Positions 1-9,735 of a stretch of 51,666 bases of DNA are shown one piece after another. How positions within the stretch are numbered: position 1 is the stretch's first letter; every line of letters starts with the position of its first letter. The notes beneath the pieces are model-generated. The model made no database searches and was not told where the DNA came from. It worked only from the letters and a program-made list of their open reading frames with translations. Origin of the DNA: an uncultured Hyphomonas sp. (GTDB lineage: Bacteria; Pseudomonadota; Alphaproteobacteria; Caulobacterales; Hyphomonadaceae); contig CAYNUI010000001.1 in NCBI GenBank assembly GCA_964400185.1, positions 1-51,666 on the forward strand, given 5' to 3'. Made by a program: the position numbers and the translations under genes.

Positions 1-2
1 AA

Positions 3-845
3 ACGCTGAAAAAGCGCCTGGAAGAACAGAAAAAGCGCCATGAAGGCGGCAATAAATGGATCGGCACAGGGGGAACGTCACCCTTTGGTGCCAATGGCTA
101 CAACCCAGAAGGCGTGCGCATTGGCCAAGACAAGTCGCGCCATCGCCGCGCCACCAAAGTCTGGGACAAGCGCGAGTTCAAAAACTATGATGACAGTGTC
201 GAGCTTGGTACGCGGAACATCAAAGTTGCCCTGAAACGTTTGCGCAAATGGGCGCGCACGGGCAGCCCGGATGAGCTCGATCTCGACGCCACGATCCGCA
301 ACACTGCGCGCCAAGGCTATCTCGACATTGAAATGCGGCCTGAGCGCCGGAACTCAGTCTCCGTTCTCTTGCTTATGGACGTTGGGGGATCGATGGACCC
401 GCATGTCAAAGTCATGGAAGAGCTGTTCTCAGCGGCGCGCTCCGAAATCAAAAACTTGGAATACTACTACTTCCACAACTGCCCGTATGAAGGCCTTTGG
501 AAAGACAATCGCCGCCGCCGCAATGATGTCATCCCAACCTGGGACGTGCTGCACAAATATCCAAGCGAATACAAGGTGATCGTCGTCGGTGATGCCACGA
601 TGAGCCCCTATGAAATCACTTATGCTGGCGGCTCCGTCGAGCATTGGAACGAGGAGCCAGGTGGGCTCTGGATCCAACGTTTTGTCGAGCAGTATCCGAA
701 CTTTGCCTGGCTGAACCCGGTCAAATCGGGCGCATGGGAATATACCGGCTCCATTCAGCTCATCCGTGAGCTGATCGGCCCAGACCGTATGTTCGAAATG
801 ACCCTCGAAGGGCTCGACGGCGCCATGCGTGAGCTGGGGCGCTAA
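3..845 (+). CDS. VWA domain-containing protein (CoxE/COG3825-like), 5'-truncated by window edge
   Basis: Frame is open from position 3 (TLKKRLEEQKKRHEGGNKWIGTGGTSPFG...). MIDAS-like DVGGSM, ELDLDATI and VGDATMSPYEI motifs. Confidence 0.85.
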   Translation, partial: TLKKRLEEQKKRHEGGNKWIGTGGTSPFGANGYNPEGVRIGQDKSRHRRATKVWDKREFKNYDDSVELGTRNIKVALKRLRKWARTGSPDELDLDATIRNTARQGYLDIEMRPERRNSVSVLLLMDVGGSMDPHVKVMEELFSAARSEIKNLEYYYFHNCPYEGLWKDNRRRRNDVIPTWDVLHKYPSEYKVIVVGDATMSPYEITYAGGSVEHWNEEPGGLWIQRFVEQYPNFAWLNPVKSGAWEYTGSIQLIRELIGPDRMFEMTLEGLDGAMRELGR

Positions 846-1849
846 GCCGTTTCGCTTTTTTGGTGGTACTGGCCATACGGACGGAACCGATACAGATAGC
901 TCGGCACGATGGCTTCAACGGTTTCTAGTTCTGTCACGCCGAGGTCGGCCAGCGTCTTCGCGCCGTCTGAAACCACATTGTCTGATTTGAGCAGCTCGAC
1001 TTGATCGCCCGTGATCGGAGGCGCCCCGAGAATGCCAGATGAAAGCGGCCAGACATAACGGAACAGCGCCCCAAAGGTGAGTCCGAGCGGCTTTGCCACG
1101 AAGAAAGGCAAAGGCAGAGCGAAGCGCTTACGGTCAATCGTCTCGCCGATAAAGGCGTAAAGCTCTTTGAAGGAATAGATACTCGGTCCGCCGAGCTCAT
1201 AAGTGTTGCCAGCCGCGTCCTCTCGGCTCACCGCAGCTGCGATCGCTTCGGCGACATCACCGGCATAAACGGGCTGAACTTTGGTGTGGCCGCCCCCAAT
1301 CGCTGGCAAGAATGGCGCAACGGTTGAAATCGGATGGCTGGAGAGCGCAGCGAAGCGATTGAAGAATCCGTCTTCCGGCCCGAACACAATCGACGGCTTG
1401 AGGATCACAGCGCTCGGTAAGATCTCGCGAATAGCGATTTCGGCCTCGCCCTTGGTCTCGGCATAGTCCGCCTTCGATTCTGGGTCAGCGCCGATGGCTG
1501 AGACCTGGACCAAACGGTCGATTCCCGCCTTGGCACAGGCTTCGGCAACGTTAATAGCGCCGTCGCGTTGAGCGGCCTCAAAGCTTTGGCGACCCTTCTC
1601 GTAAAGGATCCCGACCAGGTTCACGACAGCATCCGCGTCCTCAATGGCCGCTTCCACTGACTTCTTGTTGCGAACGTTGGCTTGGACGATGTCGACCCAA
1701 CCTGGAGCGCCAGCGAGGCGAACATCACCGGCAAGGTGCGGCCGGCGAACAGCAACGCGAACACGGTATCCGGCTTTCACCAAAGTCCGAGCCGCGTATC
1801 GACCAATAAATCCTGAACCGCCAAATAGCGTGACCAGCCCTTTTGCCAT
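842..1849 (-). CDS. Complex I NDUFA9-family (atypical SDR) protein
   Basis: GGSGFIG Rossmann motif, VVNLVGILYE, YAETK, PSIVFGPED, YELGGP. Start moved to ATG 1849 (MAKGL), which has GGAGG upstream. Confidence 0.88.
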   Translation of the reverse strand: MAKGLVTLFGGSGFIGRYAARTLVKAGYRVRVAVRRPHLAGDVRLAGAPGWVDIVQANVRNKKSVEAAIEDADAVVNLVGILYEKGRQSFEAAQRDGAINVAEACAKAGIDRLVQVSAIGADPESKADYAETKGEAEIAIREILPSAVILKPSIVFGPEDGFFNRFAALSSHPISTVAPFLPAIGGGHTKVQPVYAGDVAEAIAAAVSREDAAGNTYELGGPSIYSFKELYAFIGETIDRKRFALPLPFFVAKPLGLTFGALFRYVWPLSSGILGAPPITGDQVELLKSDNVVSDGAKTLADLGVTELETVEAIVPSYLYRFRPYGQYHQKSETA

Positions 1850-2104
1850 GCTTTTGCCTCCGCAACGCAAAGATTCGTCGTTAATTTGCGCGCTTTGACC
1901 ATGCCGGGCAAGACTTGTCTATTCGGTTTGTCGACGCAGACTGCGCTTCTTAATGGGCATTGCGTACGATTCTTGCACAGTGCGCGAAACTGGGACGCAA
2001 TTTAGTCAGTTGGGAGCCACGCATCGACGCCTTTTCTCAGACGCTTTCCCAAGCGTCAGAATAGCTTACAGAAAAGCAGTCTTGCTGCGTAAAACGATCA
2101 TTTC

Positions 2105-3217
2105 ATGCCAAAAGTGAGTTTCAATGGACGCTTTTTGAACGCTCCCCCAACCGGGGTGCAGCGCGTGGCGCGCGAATTGATCGTGTCGCTTTTGGAGACG
2201 CTTGAAACCCAACCTGACCTGAAAAGCCGGCTCGATCTCAGCCTCATCTGCCCGCCCGATACCACGGATGAAATTGCGCGGGCGGATCTGTCGATCACGA
2301 AATTCGGTCACTTTTCCGGGCAGTTTTGGGAGCAGTTTGATCTTCCGCGAGCGCCGACCGGTGATTTGCTGATCAATCTTTGCAATCTCTCGCCGGTCGT
2401 CTCTAGCAATGCCATTACTATGGTCCATGATGCACAGGTATTCCTGACGCCAGAGAGTTATTCGAGCGCGTTCGGCAATTGGTATCGTTTCGCCCTGCCC
2501 CGCATTGGCAAGAAGGCGCGTCGTATCCTGACCGTGTCAAATTATTCCGCAGACCAGCTGACGCGATTTGGCGTTGCGAACCGCGAAAAGATCTCGGTGG
2601 TCCATAATGGGGTCGATCATATTCTTCACCATGAAGCAGACACGACGATTATTGACCGGCTGGGTTTGACGCCAAACAGCTACACGGTCGGGCTCGCCAA
2701 CACGCAGTCGCACAAGAACATCTCCGTTTTGCTCGACGCCTATCGTGATCCGCGCCTACAGGGTAAAAAACTGGTTCTATTTGGCAGCGCGGATGCGGAT
2801 GCGTTTAAGTCTGCGGGTCTGGACTTGCCGGAGACTGTTGTCTTAGCGGGCCGCCTCTCTGATGCAGAGCTTCGTGCTTTGCTCGAGCACGCCACCGCAT
2901 TGGTCTTCCCCTCCAAGACAGAAGGGTTTGGTCTGCCTCCCCTCGAAGCGATGACGCTGGGAACGCCTGCCATTTGTGCGGATGCCGGCGCCCTGCCGGA
3001 AGTGTGCGGCGATGCGGCGCTTTATGCTGCAGCAGACGATCCTGAAGCCTGGGTCACGCAGATCGAAACCCTCATTGCCGACGCAGCAGAAACACGAAAT
3101 CAGCGCCGCGCCGTCAGCAAAGCGCAAGCGGCAAACTTCACTTGGGCGAAAGCCGGCGAAAAGCTTCTAGATGTGATTTGCGAAGAGCTGGATCTGGTCA
3201 AAACCGAGCTTGCTTAA
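2105..3217 (+). CDS. Glycosyltransferase family 4 (GT-B)
   Basis: TGVQR N-terminal motif, TVS..SA, HKNI, FPSKTEGFGLPPLEAM (EX7E). Confidence 0.92.
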   Translation: MPKVSFNGRFLNAPPTGVQRVARELIVSLLETLETQPDLKSRLDLSLICPPDTTDEIARADLSITKFGHFSGQFWEQFDLPRAPTGDLLINLCNLSPVVSSNAITMVHDAQVFLTPESYSSAFGNWYRFALPRIGKKARRILTVSNYSADQLTRFGVANREKISVVHNGVDHILHHEADTTIIDRLGLTPNSYTVGLANTQSHKNISVLLDAYRDPRLQGKKLVLFGSADADAFKSAGLDLPETVVLAGRLSDAELRALLEHATALVFPSKTEGFGLPPLEAMTLGTPAICADAGALPEVCGDAALYAAADDPEAWVTQIETLIADAAETRNQRRAVSKAQAANFTWAKAGEKLLDVICEELDLVKTELA

Positions 3218-3576
3218 CTCGACGATCGCGCTTCCAATCGGCGACGGGCGCGCGTTTCGATCATCTCCATGACCTCTTCCTTGGATTTACCCGAGAGGTC
3301 GACCGAACTGCCCAATTGCCAGGTCTTTACCATCTTTTTGAGATCCCCGAGCGGCATCGCATCGAGCGTGATTTGAACCTCTTCAGGGCTCTTCTTGGCC
3401 ACCAATTCGACCGGATTGATCAGCGTTGAAGCGAGATCCGCACTGAAATAGACATCCGCCCCCAACGCTTTCGCTACACGATGCGCAAACTCGGGATTGG
3501 CTTTGAATTCGCGGCGAATTTCTTCCAAGACGCGATCAAGGGCCTCAAAAGCATCAGAGCTCTGGAAGTCAGACAT
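3214..3576 (-). CDS. Small helical hypothetical protein with C-terminal HeH/Rho_N-like motif
   Basis: ATG 3576 preceded by GAGGGG. Fills the gap between genes. C-terminal LDAMPLGDLKKMVK...LSGKSKEEVMEMI. Confidence 0.7.
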   Translation of the reverse strand: MSDFQSSDAFEALDRVLEEIRREFKANPEFAHRVAKALGADVYFSADLASTLINPVELVAKKSPEEVQITLDAMPLGDLKKMVKTWQLGSSVDLSGKSKEEVMEMIETRARRRLEARSSS

Positions 3577-3650
3577 TTTTATCCCCTCGAATCGGTCCGC
3601 CTCGATTTGGAACACAACTCACGAAAACGTCAACTTAAAGCCCAATTCCG

Positions 3651-3666
3651 TGGCAGGCGCTTTGCA
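3651..3666 (+). promoter_or_regulatory. sigma54 -24/-12 promoter for the 3730-8659 unit
   Basis: TGGCAGGCGCTTTGCA versus consensus TGGCACG-N4-TTGCW; GG-N10-GC spacing exact. Confidence 0.75.
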
Positions 3667-3729
3667 TAGAAACCTTCCGTCAGCCTTCATGTTTTATTGG
3701 GGGATACGACAAATGAGGACTCATCAAAG

Positions 3730-4605
3730 ATGCCGACAATCGCTGTCGCAATTGCAACGCTCGGTCGCCCCGAAACAGTGGCGGAAAATCTCGAAGCGTT
3801 AGAGCGCCAAACGCGGCGCGCGGACCGGATCATTCTGTCTGCGACCAGCCCCGATGATCTGCCTGCGAACCTCGACCCTGAGAAGTACGAAATTCTGATC
3901 GGCGACAAAGGGCTCTGCAAGCAGCGCAACGCGGTGCTTGATCACCTCAAAGCCGAAACCGATTATCTGATTTTCTTTGACGATGACTATGTCGCGTCTC
4001 GTTTTGCTTTGGAGCGGTTTGAAACTTTTTTTGAAGCGAACAAAGATATTGCTGGCGCGTCCGGCAAACTCTTAGCTGACGGCATCAAAGGTCCCGGCAT
4101 CACATATGAGGATGCCTGTGAGATGGTCGAGGCGTATGATCAAGCGCCGCTGCCGGACATGGTCATCGATCATGAACTCGATAGCCTCTACGGCTGCAAT
4201 ATGGGCTACCGCGTCAGCGCCATTGAAGACACACGCTTCGACGAAAACCTGCCTTACTATGGCTGGCTCGAAGATAATGATTTTTCCAATCAGCTTTTGC
4301 GTAACGGACGCCTGGTCAAAACCAATGCGTTCGTCGGCGTTCATTGCGGCGTTAAATCAGCGCGCTCGCCAGGTGTTCGTCTGGGCTATTCGCAAATCGC
4401 CAACCCCATCTATTTGAACCGCAAGGGGACCTTACCTTGGCGACGGGCTTGGAAATTGATGAGCCGAAACTTTATCGCAAATCACGCAAAGACCTTCATG
4501 CCTGAACCTTGGGTCGATCGATGGGGTCGCACCAAAGGCAATTGGCTTGCCCTGTTCCATCTTATGGTCGGCAAGCTCTCGCCGCTCTACGTCACCGAAC
4601 TCTAA
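3730..4605 (+). CDS. Glycosyltransferase family 2
   Basis: IAVAIATLGR, QRN, FFDDDY (DxD), YGCNM, FDENL..YGWLED. ATG 3730 after GAGGA. Confidence 0.9.
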   Translation: MPTIAVAIATLGRPETVAENLEALERQTRRADRIILSATSPDDLPANLDPEKYEILIGDKGLCKQRNAVLDHLKAETDYLIFFDDDYVASRFALERFETFFEANKDIAGASGKLLADGIKGPGITYEDACEMVEAYDQAPLPDMVIDHELDSLYGCNMGYRVSAIEDTRFDENLPYYGWLEDNDFSNQLLRNGRLVKTNAFVGVHCGVKSARSPGVRLGYSQIANPIYLNRKGTLPWRRAWKLMSRNFIANHAKTFMPEPWVDRWGRTKGNWLALFHLMVGKLSPLYVTEL

Positions 4606-4627
4606 AACACCAAAGGACCCGCTCGCC

Positions 4628-5902
4628 GTGAAGCTGACCCTGCTCAACGTCAAATACTCGCAAAACCTCGGAGATGGGATCATCGCTGAGTGTTTCGAGC
4701 ATGCGCTGTCGCAGGTCCCAAGTGTGACGAAGGTCAATAGCTGCGATCTCGCCGGGCGCGAGATTTTTGATGGCAGGAGCAATCGCATTCGCCAGATCAC
4801 GCGCTCATTGCTTGATCGTTTGCCCCCGTCCTTGCGGCGGACGCTTTCGATTGCGATCCTCAAACAAATGGTCAGCACCAAATTGCGTGCGCACTATACT
4901 GAGCAACTGCGCGACACCGATATTGCGATCATCGGCGGCGGTCAGCTGATCGCCGATGCTGAACTCAACTTCCCGCTAAAGATTTACGAAGCAACTCAGG
5001 CGGCACGAGACGCCGGCGCAGCAATTTCGATCTATGGAGTCGGCGTCGGCCACTCCTTTAGCGGAAGAGGCTATAATCTTTTCAAATCTGCATTCGAAGA
5101 CGGGTTGCTAAGCGTGCACGTTCGAGATCAACGCTCTGCGAAGCGCTGGCTCGAACGATTTGGAGATGAATCAATTGGCCACGTTTGGGATCCTGGATTG
5201 CTGGCTCGAGAAGTGTACGGACGGCCAATGCGTGCGCGGCCTGTTCGAAAGCGCCTTGGCATTGGGATTACGCACCCGGCCACTCTGGACCTACACGCTG
5301 ATCGCAAAGCCGATCGAATGAGCCGTTCAGATTGGATTGGCTTCTATGGCGATCTGATAGAATATTTTGTCGCCCGCAATTGGGAGGTTGAGCTCTTCAC
5401 CAATGGGGCCTGCAGCGATCAGTCTTTCGCGCATCAAATTAAACTTGCCCTCCAGCGTCGCTCGGGTACCGGCATCCTTGTTGATGTCGCTGAAGCACCG
5501 AAAACGCCTAAGAAATTGGCGCACATGATTGCCGATTATGACACAATCGTCGCGCACCGCCTGCACGCGAATATTATCGCCTTCGCTTATGGGATCCCGC
5601 ATGTTGGCCTCGGGTGGGACTCCAAAATGGAAGGCTTTTTCGAAGCAACCAAACGCGAAAAATTCCTGATTTCTTCACCCTGCCCTGCGACGGTCGGCCA
5701 TATCGCTCAAACGGTTCGTGATGCGGCCGTAACGCCAATCCCACACCACCAAATCGCCAGCGTCGAAAACGAAGTGTTGCAACAAATCTTATCATTCGGC
5801 GAGCAGCTGGCTCAATTCCATACCCAGCAGATCGAAAATCTATATGTTCAACCTGGACAAGCACGCCCCGCGCGTGGACTGAAAGATGCGAAGGCCTATT
5901 AG
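4628..5902 (+). CDS. Polysaccharide pyruvyl transferase family protein
   Basis: NLGDGII, IIGGGQL, GVGVG, VRDQRS, DPG, HRLHANIIA, WDSK motifs. GTG 4628 after AAGGA. Confidence 0.85.
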   Translation: MKLTLLNVKYSQNLGDGIIAECFEHALSQVPSVTKVNSCDLAGREIFDGRSNRIRQITRSLLDRLPPSLRRTLSIAILKQMVSTKLRAHYTEQLRDTDIAIIGGGQLIADAELNFPLKIYEATQAARDAGAAISIYGVGVGHSFSGRGYNLFKSAFEDGLLSVHVRDQRSAKRWLERFGDESIGHVWDPGLLAREVYGRPMRARPVRKRLGIGITHPATLDLHADRKADRMSRSDWIGFYGDLIEYFVARNWEVELFTNGACSDQSFAHQIKLALQRRSGTGILVDVAEAPKTPKKLAHMIADYDTIVAHRLHANIIAFAYGIPHVGLGWDSKMEGFFEATKREKFLISSPCPATVGHIAQTVRDAAVTPIPHHQIASVENEVLQQILSFGEQLAQFHTQQIENLYVQPGQARPARGLKDAKAY

Positions 5903-5923
5903 GCTCGAGATAAGGCGACGCGC

Positions 5924-7393
5924 ATGAAAGTAGAACTCATCGGTCTGATTATCGCTGGCTTCGGCATGCTCGCACTCTTGCGCTCCGCACCGATGGCACT
6001 GACGGTTCTATGTGTGGGTGGCCTGCTCGCAGCGGCCTCTGCTATGGCGTCTAACCAAGGCGCAAACATCACGCCTGGCTTCTTAAGTCTCGCCTTCTTT
6101 GCGTTGGCTGTCGCCATTCGCCCAGAACCGATCAAGTTTGCCGCATTGTCGCTTCAGCCGATGCGACCGGGCTTGTTTTTGCTAGCGCTTTCGGGCTGGG
6201 CGGTCTGTGCGGGGTACCTTCTGCCACGACTTTTTGCGGGATCGATCGTCGCCTTTCCGATGAATCCAACTGGCTTTGAATGGGTCCAAGAGCGGCTCTA
6301 TCCGGTGGGATCCAACATGTTCCAATCGGTCTATTTCGTTGCCGGCTTGGTTATCTTCCTGACCGTATCCTCAATGGTGCGCACCAATTCAATGATGCAG
6401 CGCGCGGCGACGGCCATTCTGATTGCGACGGGCCTCAATATCGCCTTTGCGATCATCGACCTTGCGACTTATACCGCCGGCCTTGAATCACTGTTGAACT
6501 TCGTCCGAAATGCTGAATACGCGCAGGCCTTCCGGCAAGAGTCTTTGATCGGCACAAAACGTCTCAATGGGACGTTCCCGGAACCCTCTAGTTTTGCCGA
6601 AGTCTCGGTTGCGCTGTTTGCGTTCTCTTTCAGGCTCTGGCGTTCCGGTATCCGCTCACAGATCACGGGACCGTTGGCGCTCGGAACGATTATCGCCGTG
6701 TTTATGTCGTTCTCATCGACGGGTTTTGGCGCACTGATGGTCTACCTTTCATTCGCCTATGTTGCGATCACCCTTGGCACCGACGATCGCGGCATGCCAT
6801 CTGTGACCTCGCGTGCGAACCGATCCACAGCGCTCCTCGCACTACCGGTTGGTGCACTCGCCGTAACCATCATGATCGCATTGCGCCCAGATATGCTGGA
6901 TTCGATTACCGGTATTTTTGGCGGCACGATCACTAATAAGCTGCAGAGCGCAAGCGGCGTAGAGCGTATGACTTGGAACTTGGCGGGTCTGCGCATTTTC
7001 TCAGAGACCTATTGGCTCGGCGCAGGTACAGGAGCGGTGCGAACCTCCAGCTTCGTCGTCGCCGTGCTTGCCAATCTCGGAATTATCGGGGCGACCCTTT
7101 ATGCCTTCTTCCTCTGGGGCCTGTTCCGCGGACGACCTGAACGTACATCCGCGTTGGCCGATGAGGAGTCTAAGCAGATTGCAGCCGCCGCTCGCGCGGG
7201 ATGTTTCATCTATTTGATCGCGGTGAGCGTTTCGAGCCCGCAGATCAGCCTGGGCATTCACTTCTATGTTTTCGCCGGCATGGCGTGCGCGTCTCTCTTC
7301 TATCGCGTGCCTCGCCAAGGAGTGGTCCGCCAGAACCCGGCTTCGGACCCCATCGGCGAAGCCATCACGCGGGGGGCACAGACGCGCTACTAA
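5924..7393 (+). CDS. Multi-TM putative polysaccharide polymerase (Wzy-like / O-antigen ligase fold)
   Basis: About 12 hydrophobic segments; RLNGTFPEPSSFA, SGVER, LGAGTG and ANLGIIG motifs; located in a polysaccharide locus. Confidence 0.7.
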   Translation: MKVELIGLIIAGFGMLALLRSAPMALTVLCVGGLLAAASAMASNQGANITPGFLSLAFFALAVAIRPEPIKFAALSLQPMRPGLFLLALSGWAVCAGYLLPRLFAGSIVAFPMNPTGFEWVQERLYPVGSNMFQSVYFVAGLVIFLTVSSMVRTNSMMQRAATAILIATGLNIAFAIIDLATYTAGLESLLNFVRNAEYAQAFRQESLIGTKRLNGTFPEPSSFAEVSVALFAFSFRLWRSGIRSQITGPLALGTIIAVFMSFSSTGFGALMVYLSFAYVAITLGTDDRGMPSVTSRANRSTALLALPVGALAVTIMIALRPDMLDSITGIFGGTITNKLQSASGVERMTWNLAGLRIFSETYWLGAGTGAVRTSSFVVAVLANLGIIGATLYAFFLWGLFRGRPERTSALADEESKQIAAAARAGCFIYLIAVSVSSPQISLGIHFYVFAGMACASLFYRVPRQGVVRQNPASDPIGEAITRGAQTRY

Positions 7394-7429
7394 GCGAATT
7401 GCTTTTGGAACGCGCCACGCAAAGCGCCA

Positions 7430-8659
7430 ATGGCCACGCTCGATCGAATTGTTGTCATCCATGATTACTCTACCGCGCGTGGAGGGGCGTCCACGTTAGC
7501 GGTCGAAGCTGTGCGTCAGTATCGCAATCTTGGAATTCCAGTGACCATGTTCACCGGCGAGCGCGAGAATGAAGCGCTCAAAGCCCTCGGCGCAGAGACC
7601 CTATCGCTCAACGCCAAACCCCTGCTCGAATTGCCAACCGGAGCCGCTCTCTCGAAAGGCTATCATCGCAAGGCCGCGGCTGAACGCTTAGGTAAGTGGA
7701 TCGAGGAAAACGATACGCCGGGAACCATCTATCACATGAATAATTGGGCGCAGACCCTTTCGCCCGCTGTCTTTGCGCCGCTCCGCAAAGTTGCGGCGCG
7801 GACGGTGATCACCTGCCACGACTATTTCAATACATGTCCAAACGGCGCCTTCTTGCATTTCGGCAAATCGCAAGCCTGCGAGTTGAAGCCACTGTCGTTG
7901 CAGTGCGCGCTCAGCCAATGTGACCGGCGCAGTTCCTTGCACAAGGTCTGGAGACTTGCTCGGCAGCATCGGTTGAATGCCATCGCCGACTTCAAGTCTG
8001 CCCCGTACACATTTTCCTTCATCCACGAGCGCATGCGCGCGCGGTTTGAACGCGCGGGATTTCCAACACAGCGTGCAACGGTCATCCGAAATCCGGTGGC
8101 CCCTTGGTGTGAGACGCGCATCGAAGCGGAACGAAACTCACGGTTTTTGTTTGTCGGGCGGGTCGGACGCGAAAAAGGGGCGGACTTGGCGCTTGAAGCG
8201 ACCGCGTCCGCTGGATATCCGCTGACACTGATTGGCTCCGGTGAATTGGTGGCAGGCGGGCAAGCAGCCTATCCCCATGCCGATTTCGAAGGCTGGAAAA
8301 CTCAGTCTGAGATTGCGCAATATGCCAAGAAGGCCCGCGCCCTTATTGTGCCGAGCCGCTGGGCCGAGCCCTTCGGATTGGTCATCCTCGAGGCCGCGAT
8401 GAGCGGATTACCTGTTATCATCAGTGATCAAGCGAGCCTCGCCGAGGAGATTGATAGTCTCGGTTATGGGCGTCAGTTCGCGCTCAGTGATCCGAGCAGC
8501 CTCACAAAAACTATTGAGCGCTTCGCTTCGGATGACGAGATGATCCGCACCATGAGCGAAGCGGCGTTCACGTCTGCAGCGCAACTCTGCCACACGCCAA
8601 GCTCTTGGGCGGCCGCACACATCGCGCTGTTTGAAGAGAGATTAAAAGTGGACGCTTAA
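7430..8659 (+). CDS. Glycosyltransferase family 4 with Cys-rich insertion
   Basis: GGA N-terminal motif, HDYFNTCP, FVGRVGREKG, PSRWAEPFGLVILEAA. Confidence 0.9.
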   Translation: MATLDRIVVIHDYSTARGGASTLAVEAVRQYRNLGIPVTMFTGERENEALKALGAETLSLNAKPLLELPTGAALSKGYHRKAAAERLGKWIEENDTPGTIYHMNNWAQTLSPAVFAPLRKVAARTVITCHDYFNTCPNGAFLHFGKSQACELKPLSLQCALSQCDRRSSLHKVWRLARQHRLNAIADFKSAPYTFSFIHERMRARFERAGFPTQRATVIRNPVAPWCETRIEAERNSRFLFVGRVGREKGADLALEATASAGYPLTLIGSGELVAGGQAAYPHADFEGWKTQSEIAQYAKKARALIVPSRWAEPFGLVILEAAMSGLPVIISDQASLAEEIDSLGYGRQFALSDPSSLTKTIERFASDDEMIRTMSEAAFTSAAQLCHTPSSWAAAHIALFEERLKVDA

Positions 8660-8679
8660 AGCGCCCACTGAAAGTGTCA

Positions 8680-9735
8680 TTATTCCGCAGGAACTGGTCG
8701 ACTGAGTTTAAAGCCGCTTGGGCGCTCATAGAGCACATTCAACGGAGTCTTGCGGATCATCCATGCAAAGACCAAGGGTGAAGCCACCGCAACGAAGAGA
8801 ATGATCGCTGTCGAGAGCCCCACGCTGCCAAGAGGATCGCCAATTCTGTGAATGACCTTCTCGGTGACTTTCATCGGGATGTAGAACGTTAGGTACACGA
8901 CGAGGGAGTTCTGCCCGACATAGCGCACAGCATCGCCAATATTGTGTTTGGCCATGAGGACACCAAGCGCGCAAACGGCGGCGGCACCGATCAAACCAAT
9001 CAAAGGCGCGAGCAATGGGAGGTGGTGATAATCCATCGAGGCCATATACCAGTTGGCGACCCCCCAGATCAGCAAGCCTGCGATCAAAGCAGGTGTATTC
9101 CTGCGCACCCGCTCTGCGCTTCTGAAGATCGCATGCGCTGCGACGTATCCAATATAGAAATAGACAAAGCGGTCGGCGAACCGGTCTAGAACGGTCCATC
9201 CGGTGTCGACATACCCAGCCTGGAAAGCTGTGTTAAGCGCCAATCCAACGCCCAGCATGGCCCAAATCGGCACGTTCCGGGTGAGACGCGTCACCACATA
9301 GAAGATGGCCAGCATATGCAAAAACCAAAGAGAGTTTACCGGCTCGACAATCGCAACCAAGACCAACTGGGAGAAAGCAATTGGATCTGAAAACAGAACG
9401 TCCATTTCTTTGAACGGCATCAAGATGAGGAGCCAGAGCAGGTAGAAATAGGCAAAATGCACGACCTTGCGGTCATAATAGGAGCGCGCATCGGAATGGA
9501 TGGAGCGGTGCAGAAATAAACCCGCAATCAAAAAGAAATCTGGCATCCGGAAAGGTTGCGCGAAATCAACCACCGGACGCAGCCAGCCTTCAGAACCCGC
9601 CAAGAATTCGTAATTGATGACAACATGCATCATCACCACGAGGATCATACAAATCCCCTTGGAATAATCGATCCAGTCGATCCGGGCTGCTCCCGGCGCA
9701 GTCGCTCCGGTCATTACATCTCTCGCAGTCGTCAT
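8680..9735 (-). CDS. Acyltransferase family 3 membrane protein
   Basis: RIDWIDYSKGICMILVVMMH, FRMPDFFLIAG, LWFL; about 10 TM segments. ATG 9735 overlaps the upstream TGA (ATGA coupling). Confidence 0.88.
   Translation of the reverse strand: MTTARDVMTGATAPGAARIDWIDYSKGICMILVVMMHVVINYEFLAGSEGWLRPVVDFAQPFRMPDFFLIAGLFLHRSIHSDARSYYDRKVVHFAYFYLLWLLILMPFKEMDVLFSDPIAFSQLVLVAIVEPVNSLWFLHMLAIFYVVTRLTRNVPIWAMLGVGLALNTAFQAGYVDTGWTVLDRFADRFVYFYIGYVAAHAIFRSAERVRRNTPALIAGLLIWGVANWYMASMDYHHLPLLAPLIGLIGAAAVCALGVLMAKHNIGDAVRYVGQNSLVVYLTFYIPMKVTEKVIHRIGDPLGSVGLSTAIILFVAVASPLVFAWMIRKTPLNVLYERPSGFKLSRPVPAE

Noticed and set aside
842-1849. Mitochondrial-type complex I subunit in a bacterium
   Set aside because: NDUFA9 homologues are well known and widespread in Alphaproteobacteria.
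1962-1977. sigma54-like GCGTACGATTCTTGCA, and TAGCACGATTCTTGAA at 34393-34408 (sharing ACGATTCTTG)
   Set aside because: The invariant GG and/or GC is broken, so they were not counted. They do precede units that lack a canonical box.
2040-2057. Hairpin GACGCTT-TCCC-AAGCGTC in the leader of the first GT4 (riboswitch or attenuator?)
   Set aside because: A single 7-bp stem with no U-tract and no recognisable aptamer.
7406-7421. Weak GG-N10-GC matches (7406+, 1891-, 31819-, 32417-)
   Set aside because: Poor -12 element, or the predicted +1 falls inside the start codon; compatible with chance.
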